This document shows, piece by piece, positions 1-9,528 of a DNA stretch of 48,748 nucleotides. The notes under the pieces were generated by a model. The model was not told where the DNA came from and searched no databases. It saw nothing but the letters and a program-made list of their open reading frames with translations. Position numbers and translations under genes: made by a program. This DNA comes from Candidatus Bipolaricaulia bacterium (GTDB taxonomy: Bacteria > Bipolaricaulota > Bipolaricaulia > JBHIAT01): the NCBI GenBank assembly GCA_046758705.1, contig JBHIAT010000006.1:1-48748 (forward strand), given 5' to 3'. Each line of letters begins with the position of its first letter. Position 1 is the stretch's first letter.

Positions 1-58
1 GCTGATCTTTGGGCAGGCAACACTTTTTATACTTCTTGCCGCTGCCGCAGGGACAATG
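1..58 (-). pseudogene. SEC-C (SWIM-like zinc-binding) motif fragment, 5'-truncated, runs off window
   Basis: Minus strand reads [19 protein letters not shown]. An in-frame TAG lies just upstream, within the adjacent IS remnant, so there is no start codon. Confidence 0.75.
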
Positions 59-60
59 TA

Positions 61-165
61 GCTACGGCGGGAGCCGCCGGAAGTCACGCCTTGGGAAGCA
101 TGAGTGTCGATGTCGATGGACGCTCAGCCCAGGAAGCCCACGCGCGTTAGCCTTGGGTAGCTCAC
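61..165 (+). mobile_element. IS200/IS605-family right-end remnant (tnpB 3' end / omegaRNA scaffold region), no tnpA or tnpB ORF
   Basis: CTACGGCGGGAGCCGCCGGAAGTCACGCC hairpin followed by GAAGCCCACGCGCGTTAGCCTTGGGTAGCTCAC, a subterminal hairpin ending in TCAC that is typical of IS605-group right ends. Confidence 0.7.
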
Positions 166-252
166 TAGTTATTCATATGTATTAATGGTCGCCGGGAAGA
201 TGGTCAAGGGGCAGGGCAAGGGAAAGCACTTGGGAAAAGGATAAGGACCGAG

Positions 253-1494
253 CTACACCGACTCCGGTTCGGCGACCTGGCCCTCGACGTAGATAAGGAA
301 CTGGACCCGGCTCTCGTTCCCACTCCCGTCCTGGACCGACAGCGTCACCCGTTTGACGCCGGCCTCGATGAACCGGTAGGAGAAGATCGGCCCCTCTTTG
401 AAATCGCCGTCGTGTTCCCAGCGGAACCGAACCGGCTTGGTGTTGTCGAAGGAGTCGCTCGCATCTAAAATGAGTAACTCCCCGGTCCGTACGAATGGGA
501 AGCCCCGGACTACGATCGTTGGCGAAGTCCGATCCCGGACCTTCAAGATCAGGACCTCCTCGTCGATCAATCCGAGCGTATCCTCAACCCGCAATTTGAT
601 CCGTTTATCACCGGGGTCATCGAAGGTATACTCGATCTCCCGTCCCTCGACGACTCCTCCGTCGGGGAACTCCCATAGGTATCGGACGATCCGCCCGTTG
701 TCCCAGGAGGATGAGGCCGAGAACCGGATCGGGGTATCCTCCACCGGATCTCCCGGTACCTGGATCTGGGCATGGGGATGGAGCGGGGTGATATCGTGAA
801 TCGTCTTCTGCTCCCCCTCGATCCGATCGACTTCCAATTCGTAGGGGCTGTCCATCGCTTCGAGCTGCTGCCTGAGCTCCTTCCAACCGTACCCCCATTC
901 GTAGATATCAGGGAGGACCTTGAGAAATAGATCTTCCCCTCGTTTGATCACCTGGAGGTTCTCGTAGGTGATCCGCAATCGGGTGCCGACCGAGATCCAC
1001 TTCGACTCGAGCAATCGCTTCAGATCCTCCCGGCGCAGCCCGATCGATCCGTAAGTGCTGACCGTGCGGGCGGACGGTTCGCCCTCCAGATCGAAAAGGC
1101 CGATCTCCTGGGTGGGGTTGTGGTTGCGGATGAATGGGATCCAGTATCTCGGAAGGGTCGGGGCCGGTTGCGAGACGAAGCCGTCCAGTTCCAGAGAGGC
1201 ACGATCCAGATCCTCGATCACTTCCAGGATCTCGAAGTCTCCGATCGGTGTGGGATGTTCCGCATCCCCGATCGTCACCGGGATCTCCTCGACCAATTTA
1301 TCCCGATCGTAGACAAACAGCACGCTCTCCGGTAGGTTGACCTTCAACCAGTAGCCGTTGGGCATCTCGGTCTCAGTTTCTGTCTCGGAGACGGCAGGAC
1401 CTGAGGGTAGGCCAGTGAAGGTGAGAACGGATAACAACAGGACCAGGACAACCCGGCCTTCCTGTCGGCGTCCCATCTTCATGCTTATGCTCAT
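253..1494 (-). CDS. Exported YkuD/L,D-transpeptidase-like domain plus two PKD domains; catalytic motif degenerate
   Basis: Hydrophobic N-terminus; IPVTIG...TPIGDFEI YkuD signature; two PKD repeats (YLWEFPDG..., FRWEHDG...). Start placed at ATG 1494, which overlaps the rarA stop (ATGA). Confidence 0.75.
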   Translation of the reverse strand: MSISMKMGRRQEGRVVLVLLLSVLTFTGLPSGPAVSETETETEMPNGYWLKVNLPESVLFVYDRDKLVEEIPVTIGDAEHPTPIGDFEILEVIEDLDRASLELDGFVSQPAPTLPRYWIPFIRNHNPTQEIGLFDLEGEPSARTVSTYGSIGLRREDLKRLLESKWISVGTRLRITYENLQVIKRGEDLFLKVLPDIYEWGYGWKELRQQLEAMDSPYELEVDRIEGEQKTIHDITPLHPHAQIQVPGDPVEDTPIRFSASSSWDNGRIVRYLWEFPDGGVVEGREIEYTFDDPGDKRIKLRVEDTLGLIDEEVLILKVRDRTSPTIVVRGFPFVRTGELLILDASDSFDNTKPVRFRWEHDGDFKEGPIFSYRFIEAGVKRVTLSVQDGSGNESRVQFLIYVEGQVAEPESV

Positions 1495-2834
1495 CCCGGG
1501 CTTCCATCGGGCGCTTGCGACCGGCTTTTGAGTCGTCGCCATTGTTTCAGGCGTTCTCGCACCTCCCGCTCGTATCCGCGCTCCCCGGGCTCATAATACC
1601 TTCGGTCGTGTAATCGCTCCGGCAGACAATCCATATCGGCGACTCCGCCTTCCAGGTCGTGGGCATACTGGTAGCCCTTTCCGTAGTTGAGCTCCCGCAT
1701 CAGCTCGGTGGGGGCGTTCCTCAGCTGGAGAGGTACGGGTTCGCTCTGTGTTTTTTTTGCATCGTCCCGGGCGCGGCCGTACGCCCGATAGATCGTGTTG
1801 CTCTTCGGCGCCGTCGCCAGGTAGACGGCCGATTCGGCCAGGGCGAGCTCCCCTTCCGGCTGGCCGATGAACGCGACCGCCTCCTTGGCATCGATCGCAA
1901 GCCGGAGCGCCCGGGGATCGGCCAAGCCCACATCCTCACAGGCGAACCTGACCATCCTGCGGACGATGTACACAGGGTCCTCACCGCCGGTGAGCATCCG
2001 AGCCAGCCAGTAGAGCGCGGCGTCGGGATCGCTATTTCGCATGCTCTTGATGAACGCAGAGATCAGGTTGAAATGTTCCTCACCGTGCTTGTCGTAGCGG
2101 GGTGGTCGGGTGTTTGCCGCTTGCTGGACGGTCTCCGAATCAATGGATCCATTCTTCCCGGCGACGAGATCGGCGGCCAGCTCCAGGAGGTTCAGCGCCC
2201 GACGGGCATCCCCGTCAGACGCGGCAACGATGAATGATTTTGCTGCCTCCGCGAGTTTCAAATTTAGACCGCCGAGTCCCCGGTCCTTGTCGGTGAGCGC
2301 CCGGGTGACTAACACCTCGATCTCCTCCTGGCTCAGCGGGTTCAGCGTGAAAACCTGAGATCGGGACAGAAGCGCAGAGACGAGTTCGAACGATGGATTC
2401 TCGGTGGTAGAACCGACCAAGATGATGCTCCCTACCTCCAGGTAGGGAAGGAACGCGGTCTGCTGTAGTCGGTTGAGACGGTGGAGTTCATCGATGAACA
2501 ACACCGTCGGAGAGCGGTAGGCTTGGAACCGTTTGCGTGCCTGTTCCATCACCTGACGCATCTCTTTGATTCCCGAGATCGCCGCGCTGAAGTGCGCGAA
2601 CTCGGCATCGGCGGCCCGGGCGATGATCCGACCCAGGGTCGTCTTCCCGACACCGGGCGGCCCCCAGAAGACGATCGACCTGGCTTTGCCATTCTCGATC
2701 AGCACCCGCAGCACCTTCCCCTCGCCCACCAAGTGGCTCTGCCCGACGAACTCATCTAGGTCGGTCGGCCGCATGCGCTCGGCGAGAGGTGGGGTCCCGT
2801 AATCGGTATCAGTATCGGTGAATAGCGATCCCAT
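1491..2834 (-). CDS. rarA: Replication-associated recombination protein A (RarA/MgsA AAA+ ATPase)
   Basis: PLAERMRP, GPPGVGKTT, FIDELHR, TTENPSF, ISAFIKSMRNSDPDAA and YGKGYQYAHD motifs. Confidence 0.95.
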   Translation of the reverse strand: MGSLFTDTDTDYGTPPLAERMRPTDLDEFVGQSHLVGEGKVLRVLIENGKARSIVFWGPPGVGKTTLGRIIARAADAEFAHFSAAISGIKEMRQVMEQARKRFQAYRSPTVLFIDELHRLNRLQQTAFLPYLEVGSIILVGSTTENPSFELVSALLSRSQVFTLNPLSQEEIEVLVTRALTDKDRGLGGLNLKLAEAAKSFIVAASDGDARRALNLLELAADLVAGKNGSIDSETVQQAANTRPPRYDKHGEEHFNLISAFIKSMRNSDPDAALYWLARMLTGGEDPVYIVRRMVRFACEDVGLADPRALRLAIDAKEAVAFIGQPEGELALAESAVYLATAPKSNTIYRAYGRARDDAKKTQSEPVPLQLRNAPTELMRELNYGKGYQYAHDLEGGVADMDCLPERLHDRRYYEPGERGYEREVRERLKQWRRLKSRSQAPDGSPG

Positions 2835-2865
2835 CGCACACCCCTCCTTGCTGAGGTTTGTTTTT

Positions 2866-3939
2866 CTACTCCTCTATCCCCTTCAGCTCGAGGGTCTCGG
2901 CGAAATGGCAAGCGGCGAAGTGTTCGTGGGCCACTTGGCGCAGCTCGGGGTCCTCCTGGCTACAGATTGACTTCACATAGGGGCATCTCGGATGGAAGTT
3001 GCAACCGGAAGGCGGGTTCACCGGAGACGGGACGCTCCCTTTCAGGATGATGCGCTCCGATTCCCAATCGGGGTCTGGGACAGGGATGGCCGACAACAGC
3101 GCCTCGGTATAGGGATGCTTGGGGTTCTGGTACAGGGTCTCGGCATCGGCGAGCTCGACCACCTTGCCCAGGTACATTACCGCCACTCGGTCGCTGATAT
3201 GCTCGACGACCGACAGATCGTGGGCGATGAACAGATACGTCAACCCAAACTCTTCCTGGAGATCCTCCAGGAGGTTAAGCACCTGAGCCTGGATCGAGAC
3301 ATCCAGAGCAGAAACCGGCTCATCGGCGATGATCAACTGAGGATCGAGCGCCAACGCCCGGGCAACCCCGATCCGCTGCCGTTGACCACCGCTGAACTCA
3401 TGGGGGTAGCGTCTCATGTGATCGGGCTTGAGGCCGACCGCCTCGAGCAACTCCACCACCCGGTCCTCCAGCGCCGCCCCCCGGGCCACCTTGTGGACAA
3501 TGAGCGGCTCACCGACGATGTCACCGACGGTCATCCGGGGGTTAAGCGACGAATACGGATCCTGGAAGATCACCTGCATATCCTTGCGGATCATTTTAAG
3601 CTCCGCCTTGGAGAGCTCGGTGATGTTGACCTCTTTGGCACCGTCCCCCGAGGAGAGCGAGCGGCTCTTAAACCGGATCTCGCCCGCCGTCGGCTCGATA
3701 AGGCGCAGGATCACCCGGCCCGTGGTCGTCTTGCCACAACCGCTCTCCCCCACCAGCCCGAGTGTCTCTCCCTGATGGATGTCGAAGTCGATCCCATCGA
3801 CCGCCTTAACGTAACCGACCACCCGACGGAACACCCCACGGCGCACCGGGAAGTACTTCTTCAGCTCACGGACCCGGAGCAATACATCGTCAGCACCGAT
3901 CTCAGTCCGGGTGATCTCTGCCTTTGGACTTTCCAACAC
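2866..3939 (-). CDS. oppF: Oligopeptide/dipeptide ABC transporter ATP-binding subunit (OppF/DppF type)
   Basis: [28 protein letters not shown], and C-terminal oligo_HPY domain with [11 protein letters not shown]. Confidence 0.9.
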   Translation of the reverse strand: MLESPKAEITRTEIGADDVLLRVRELKKYFPVRRGVFRRVVGYVKAVDGIDFDIHQGETLGLVGESGCGKTTTGRVILRLIEPTAGEIRFKSRSLSSGDGAKEVNITELSKAELKMIRKDMQVIFQDPYSSLNPRMTVGDIVGEPLIVHKVARGAALEDRVVELLEAVGLKPDHMRRYPHEFSGGQRQRIGVARALALDPQLIIADEPVSALDVSIQAQVLNLLEDLQEEFGLTYLFIAHDLSVVEHISDRVAVMYLGKVVELADAETLYQNPKHPYTEALLSAIPVPDPDWESERIILKGSVPSPVNPPSGCNFHPRCPYVKSICSQEDPELRQVAHEHFAACHFAETLELKGIEE

Positions 3940-3996
3940 CGATCACCTCACTCGGCGTTGCTCTGGTCACCGTCCCCCAGTGACCCTCGATATAGA

Positions 3997-4992
3997 TCAA
4001 TCGTACAACCAGCATTCCACTTGATGATCGGACTTCGGCTCGAAGATCGGCGGGTACTCCTCCTCACAGATCGGCAGCTTCTTGGGACAGCGGGGGGCGA
4101 AACTGCAACCCGTGGGAACATCGTAGGGATCAGGCACCACTCCCTTGATCGGTTCCAGTCGCTCCTTCACCCGGGCACCGATGGAGGGAATCGATTGCAG
4201 CAACCCTTGTGTATAGGGGTGGAGCGGATTATGGAACACTTCGCGCACATCGGAGTACTCGACCACTCGCCCCAGGTACATGACGGCGACATCATTGGCT
4301 ATCTCGGCGATCACCCCGAGGTCGTGGGTGATCAGCATGATCGAGGCCTGGAAATCCCGCTGAAGCTCGCGCATCAGGTCGAGGATCTGGGCTTGGATCG
4401 TCACATCAAGTGCGGTCGTCGGCTCGTCGGCGATCAACAGGCTTGGGTTGCAGGACAGGGCCATGGCGATCATCGCCCGCTGGCGCATCCCCCCGGAAAG
4501 CTGATGGGGATACTCATCGACCCGCTGCTCCGGGACCGGGATCCCGACCCGATCGAGCATCGCGATCGCCCGCTCCCGGGCCTCCCGTTTGTTCACCTTC
4601 TGATGGAGGATGATCGCCTCGATAATCTGATTGCCGATCGTGTAGACGGGGTTGAGCGAGGTCATCGGCTCCTGGAAGATCATCGCGATCTCGTTGCCAC
4701 GGATCTCCCGCATCTCCCGGCCCTTGGGGTTGAACTGGGTCAAATCGAGGGGATTCCCGCCGTTTTGATAGTACATCACCGCCCCGTCGACGATCTTGCC
4801 CGGGGGCATCGGCACAAGCCCCATAATCGACAGGGCGGTTACGCTTTTCCCACAGCCGCTTTCCCCGGCAACCCCCAGGGTGTTGTGCTGCTTGATCTCG
4901 AAGCTCACCCCATCGACCGCCCGGACGACCCCATCCTCGGTGTAGAAGTAGGTCTTGAGGTTTGCTAACTCGATCAGTCTATCCTCGGCCAC
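3997..4992 (-). CDS. oppD: Oligopeptide/dipeptide ABC transporter ATP-binding subunit (OppD/DppD type)
   Basis: [47 protein letters not shown] start at 4992 follows a GGGGAGAGG RBS. Confidence 0.9.
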   Translation of the reverse strand: MAEDRLIELANLKTYFYTEDGVVRAVDGVSFEIKQHNTLGVAGESGCGKSVTALSIMGLVPMPPGKIVDGAVMYYQNGGNPLDLTQFNPKGREMREIRGNEIAMIFQEPMTSLNPVYTIGNQIIEAIILHQKVNKREARERAIAMLDRVGIPVPEQRVDEYPHQLSGGMRQRAMIAMALSCNPSLLIADEPTTALDVTIQAQILDLMRELQRDFQASIMLITHDLGVIAEIANDVAVMYLGRVVEYSDVREVFHNPLHPYTQGLLQSIPSIGARVKERLEPIKGVVPDPYDVPTGCSFAPRCPKKLPICEEEYPPIFEPKSDHQVECWLYD

Positions 4993-5014
4993 CTGAGATC
5001 CTCTCCCCAAAGAT

Positions 5015-5239
5015 TTAGACGAGCGACAGGAGGAACGCGAACAGCATGAAACCGACGCCCAGCACCGCGATCGCTGTGCGTTTGGGATCCCGGATCTCCT
5101 CCCGACCGAAGACGGTGTGGGTTCCCCCGGCTCCGAACGCCCCTCCCAGCCCGGAGTGGCGACTCATTTGCAGCAGGATCAGCCCAATCAACGCCAGCGC
5201 ATCGATGATGAACAACGTCTGCAAAATCAACCTGATCAT
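5015..5239 (-). CDS. secG: Preprotein translocase subunit SecG
   Basis: 74 aa, two TM helices separated by ILLQ...GLGGAFGAGG...VFG, the SecG pattern. Confidence 0.85.
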   Translation of the reverse strand: MIRLILQTLFIIDALALIGLILLQMSRHSGLGGAFGAGGTHTVFGREEIRDPKRTAIAVLGVGFMLFAFLLSLV

Positions 5240-5293
5240 TCGAATCTCCTGTCTGAATAAATTGTAGCAAAATTCGGTCCAGTTGCCAAATCC

Positions 5294-6160
5294 TCACCCC
5301 GCATTCTCGCCGTTTCCCTCTCCATCGCGCTCCCGGATCGATCCCCAGTAGAGTTTGCTCTTCAGAATCGAGAAGAAGTTGGGGCCGGTCTCCATGTTGA
5401 TCAGCACGGTCTTCAGCTCGGACACCTGGACAGAGAGCTCGTCCTCTGGCTCGAGATGAAATATGGCATCCCCGTCCACCAGCACGGTCGCTTGCCGACG
5501 GGCGGCCACCCGTAACCGCTCCTCAGCAGGCAGGACGATCGGTCTCAGCCCCAGCCGGTGGGTGTTGAACGGGGTGATCAATATACAGTCGAGCGAGGGC
5601 AGGACCACCGGTCCATATGCCGCTAACGAATAGGCCGTCGAACCCGTTGGGGTCGAGATGATCAACCCGTCTCCAGGATAGCTGCCGATGAACCCCTCGT
5701 CGGCCCACAGATCGAGCACAGTAAATCCCTCGACCGCCGTTTTGGAGATGACCACGTCATTGAGCGCCGTCGCGCTCACCCCGTCCAAAGACGCGGCCAA
5801 CCGGACCCGCTCCTCCAGATGGAAACGGCCCTCCAGAATCCGCTCCAGCGCCTCGGGGATCTCCGAAACCTGCGTACGGGTCAGAAACCCCAGACTCCCC
5901 AGGTTGACCCCCAAGATCGGGATGTGATAGCTGGCGAGTGTCTGAGCACCTTTGAGGAATGTGCCATCCCCACCCAGAGTCAGGGCGATACAATCGGTCA
6001 CCTCCGCCGGCGACAGTTCGATCGCCCCGGTCCCGATCCGCTCCAGCTCAATCACCTGGATCTCGATGCTGCCCCGGTCTCCCCACGCTCTCAGCTTCTC
6101 CAGGATGGGATCGACATCCTTCTCCAGGTTGATGATCACCAGGATCCGGTTGAATGTCAT
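5294..6160 (-). CDS. nadK: NAD(+) kinase
   Basis: LGGDGTFL, GVNLGSLGFL, ALNDVV and GDGLIISTPTGSTAYSLAA motifs. Start set at ATG 6160 because the longer ORF overlaps the divergent gene. Confidence 0.93.
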   Translation of the reverse strand: MTFNRILVIINLEKDVDPILEKLRAWGDRGSIEIQVIELERIGTGAIELSPAEVTDCIALTLGGDGTFLKGAQTLASYHIPILGVNLGSLGFLTRTQVSEIPEALERILEGRFHLEERVRLAASLDGVSATALNDVVISKTAVEGFTVLDLWADEGFIGSYPGDGLIISTPTGSTAYSLAAYGPVVLPSLDCILITPFNTHRLGLRPIVLPAEERLRVAARRQATVLVDGDAIFHLEPEDELSVQVSELKTVLINMETGPNFFSILKSKLYWGSIRERDGEGNGENAG

Positions 6161-6270
6161 TTTCGAGCATATGATAGGTGAACGAAGGAGCCAATGCAAG
6201 TAGCTCGCGACGATCCACTTGCAGCCGAGAACCGAAATCGCTACCATGAGGGCGAAAGGGGCCGTGATCG

Positions 6271-7044
6271 ATGGAGGAACATGATCTGCTGGAGCAGGCT
6301 GAAGCGGCATTGGTGCGCGATGGGAAGCTTATCCGATTGGACGGCGAGGGACAGGCCGTCTTCGTCGGGGACACTCATGGGGACCTGGAGGCGACCGAAA
6401 CGGTTATAGATCGCTATCTCAACCGGGAGCATCGCATCGTTTTCCTGGGCGATTACGTCGATCGCGGGCCCCACTCTCGGGAGAACCTCGATCTGCTCCT
6501 GTCGTTGAAGGTAGAACACCCTGACCGAATCTATCTCCTGATGGGCAACCACGAGGGTTGGGATGCATTGCAATTCTACCCGGCCGACTTCTGGGGGAGA
6601 CTCGATCCGGAGGCGGCGCGGCGCTACGCCGAGCTCCTCTCCCAACTTCCGCTGGCGGTCGCGGCTGAGAACGGGATCCTGGCGCTACACGGTGCCCTGC
6701 CCGATGTGGAGACCCTGGAGGAGGTCGGGCAGATCGTCTTCGGGAGCGAGCCGTGGCGCCAGATCGTCTGGGGGGACTGGCAGGACGCTCCCGGTCGGCT
6801 GCTCGGTGACGCCGGAGGCAGACCCCAGTTCGGACGGGACCACTTCGAGGAACGGATGGAGCGATTCGAAAAGCGGGTGCTGATCCGATCCCACCAGCCA
6901 CACGCCCCGCTCACCCTCTATGGAGATCGGTGTGTGACGATCTTCACCTCGTCGGCCTACGGCCCGGTCACCCGGCGGATCGTGCGGGTTGGGCTCGGCC
7001 GGGAGGTCCGCACCGCCGCCGATCTGCAGTTCGAGGTGATCTGA
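6271..7044 (+). CDS. Calcineurin-like metallophosphoesterase, PPP Ser/Thr phosphatase type
   Basis: GDTHG, GDYVDRG, GNHE, HG, RSHQ and TIFTS motifs. Confidence 0.88.
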   Translation: MEEHDLLEQAEAALVRDGKLIRLDGEGQAVFVGDTHGDLEATETVIDRYLNREHRIVFLGDYVDRGPHSRENLDLLLSLKVEHPDRIYLLMGNHEGWDALQFYPADFWGRLDPEAARRYAELLSQLPLAVAAENGILALHGALPDVETLEEVGQIVFGSEPWRQIVWGDWQDAPGRLLGDAGGRPQFGRDHFEERMERFEKRVLIRSHQPHAPLTLYGDRCVTIFTSSAYGPVTRRIVRVGLGREVRTAADLQFEVI

Positions 7045-7111
7045 TCTGAATTTGCAGGAGAGCCATCAGCAATTGCTCAGTTCAAGTAGTATCCCTCTCA
7101 TCAGATCTCTC

Positions 7112-7330
7112 TCAAATCTCATAATCTTCAATCTCACCACGGTTTACTCCAGTCAGAGCCTCCTTGATATCAGCAATAAATTGAGGGTGTAATTCCTCAC
7201 GCATCTTGAGCCAATCTTCTAAGGCGATCTCAACCATCGAGCTGAGACTTCGCCGCTCCTCTGCTGCGATGCTTTCTAGCTTCTGCCATAATGCTTCATC
7301 AAGAGAAAGAGTCACCGACTTTTTCCCCAT
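7112..7330 (-). CDS. Ribbon-helix-helix (CopG-like) antitoxin-type protein
   Basis: MGKKSVTLSLDEALWQKLESIAAEERRSLSSMVEIAL RHH pattern with an acidic tail; locally lower GC. Confidence 0.75.
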   Translation of the reverse strand: MGKKSVTLSLDEALWQKLESIAAEERRSLSSMVEIALEDWLKMREELHPQFIADIKEALTGVNRGEIEDYEI

Positions 7331-7341
7331 GTTTGAACACC

Positions 7342-8352
7342 TCACAGTCCCAACGACGGTTCGGGGGCGAGACCCAAGTTGTGCTGTTCCCCCAACCGCC
7401 GATAACGGAAGGCAGCGCCCGCGGCGATCATCGCGGCGTTGTCGGTGCAAAGCGAGAGCGACGGGAAGAAGACCTGGTTTCCCAAGGGCTCGGCCTCAGC
7501 AACGGATCGCTGGCGCAGCTCGGAGTTGGCCGCCACCCCACCGACGACAGCAATCCGGTCGATTTGGTGCTGCTTGGCCGCCCGCAACGTCTTCTTCACC
7601 AATACATCGACGGCCGCCCGCTGGAACGAAGCGGCGAGATCCGCAACCGGTGGATCGGGATGCTGCTTCAAGTAGTAGACGACCGCCGTCTTCAGTCCGG
7701 CGAAGCTGAAGTCGAAGCCGGGATCGTCAAGCATCGGCCGAGGCAGGTCGACTGCCTGGGGATCGCCGCGCTTCGCCAGTCGATCGATCTCAGGGCCGGC
7801 TGGATAACCCAGACCCAGCATCTGCCCCACCTTGTCGAATGCCTCCCCGGCGGCATCGTCCCGGGTCTCTCCGAGCACCCGATACGTCCCGTAGGCCTCG
7901 ACATAGACCAGCAGGGTGTGCCCGCCCGAGGCGATCAGCGCCAGGAACGGGGGACGGCTCTCCTCCGCCTCAGCGTCCAGGTAGTGGGCGAACAGATGTC
8001 CCTCCAGATGGTTGACGCCGATGAACGGGACCCCTAACCCGTAGGCGATCGCCTTCGCTGCCGACAGCCCCACCAACAGCGGGCCCACCAGGCCCGGGCC
8101 GTAGGTGACGCCGACGAGATCGATCTCGGCGATGGTGATCCCCGCCTCAGAAAGCGCCTGATCGATCACGTAATCGATCTTCTTGAGATGATTTCGGGAC
8201 GCGATCTCGGGGACGACGCCGCCGTAATCCTGGTGTAGCTTTGCCTGGGAGTAGATGACGTTGGCACGCAGGTCACGGTCGCCGTGAAGCACCGCCACGG
8301 CTGTCTCATCACAAGAAGTCTCGATCCCCAGCGTGTAACCGGAGGTGTTCAT
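7342..8352 (-). CDS. tsaD: tRNA N6-threonylcarbamoyladenosine synthase TsaD
   Basis: LGIETSCDETA, GGVVPEIASRNH, NHLEGH, SGGHT, DDAAGEAFDKV and CTDNAAMIA. ATG 8352 follows a GAGGAGGGAG RBS. Confidence 0.96.
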   Translation of the reverse strand: MNTSGYTLGIETSCDETAVAVLHGDRDLRANVIYSQAKLHQDYGGVVPEIASRNHLKKIDYVIDQALSEAGITIAEIDLVGVTYGPGLVGPLLVGLSAAKAIAYGLGVPFIGVNHLEGHLFAHYLDAEAEESRPPFLALIASGGHTLLVYVEAYGTYRVLGETRDDAAGEAFDKVGQMLGLGYPAGPEIDRLAKRGDPQAVDLPRPMLDDPGFDFSFAGLKTAVVYYLKQHPDPPVADLAASFQRAAVDVLVKKTLRAAKQHQIDRIAVVGGVAANSELRQRSVAEAEPLGNQVFFPSLSLCTDNAAMIAAGAAFRYRRLGEQHNLGLAPEPSLGL

Positions 8353-8445
8353 TGACCACTCCCTCCTCACTATGGTAGTTGAAGCGATTCTTGGATTCAA
8401 CAACCTCTGTTGCAGTCTAGATCTCAGCTAGCTTACAATACAAAG

Positions 8446-9528
8446 ATGATTGCGATGAACGTGCTTGAGCTGCAGCGGGTCGGCGTCGAATTCGACGGAA
8501 AGACCATCCTCGAAGACATCTCGTTCACCGTCTCGGCGGGACAGTTCTTCATCCTGTTCGGGGAGTCTGGGGCGGGGAAGACGACCCTGCTCAGATTGGT
8601 CAACCGACTTGATGAGGCGACCGTCGGAGAGATCCGCTATCGGGGGCACTCGATCACCGACTACGATCCCAAGGAGCTGAGAAGAAGGATCACGATGATC
8701 TTTCAGGAACCTCGACTCTTCGAGGGGATGGTCCGAGAGAACCTGCTGATCGCCCCCCGGTACCACGGGCTGGAGGTCGACCTCGATCGGCTCCTGGAAG
8801 CGGTCGGCCTGGAAGGTTTTGCTGACAGAGATGTGGAGACGCTTTCCGGGGGGCAGCAGCAACGGGTCGCGATCGCCCGAGCGCTCGCGATCACCCCTGA
8901 GGAGGGATCCGAGGTGTCTGAGGTGTTGGAGTGGTTCAAGGCATTTCAGGCGTTTGAACCGCTGAAGTTTATTGTCGTCGCCGTCTATCTGGGTCTGGCG
9001 ATCGTCGTGTTACAGGCTGCGAAGTTGGTCCCCTGGAAGGACGCGTTGATCCCGTCATCACGGGCGATCGTTCAACTGCTGATTATGGGTTCGATTCTGA
9101 TCGCCGTCTTCCGGATCGACCGTCCGGGAATCAATGCGCTGTTCCTATTGGTGATGGTGATCATGGCGGCCATCATCGCTGGCAGGCATGCTGAGTTCAA
9201 GGGCCGCTACGCGATCTCGCTCGCCGTCATCTTGGCGACGGCGGCTCTGCTCATCGGACCGATGACGTTGCTCAACGTCTTCAACTCCCAGGCCGCGTTT
9301 CTGATCCCGTCGTTAAACGGACTGAAGACGACCGGGGTCGTGTGGATTCCGGGCCTGATGACCGGGATGTTGCTGAGCGGTGAGGATCCAATCCGGGCGG
9401 CCGAGATGCAGGCGATCATCCTCTATCTGATCTTCATTGGGACGGTACTCGCTTCGATCGCCACGACCTACATTGTCCGCAGGCTGTTCTTCACCGGCAC
9501 GGAGGCGCTCCGTCGCGAGGTGTTATGA
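8446..9528 (+). pseudogene. FetA/FetB (YbbL/YbbM)-like ABC ATPase-permease, in-frame fusion with two internal deletions
   Basis: Walker A GESGAGKT and signature LSGGQQQR are present, but Walker B and the H-loop are absent. The permease half (own RBS GAGGAGG and GTG at 8914) carries the YbbM C-terminal motif G.V.IPG.MTG.LL.G.DP but lacks the GM..GN segment. Confidence 0.7.

Noticed and set aside
2992..4968. 658-aa plus-strand ORF
   Set aside because: Antisense shadow of oppD/oppF; no motifs, expected in GC-rich coding DNA.
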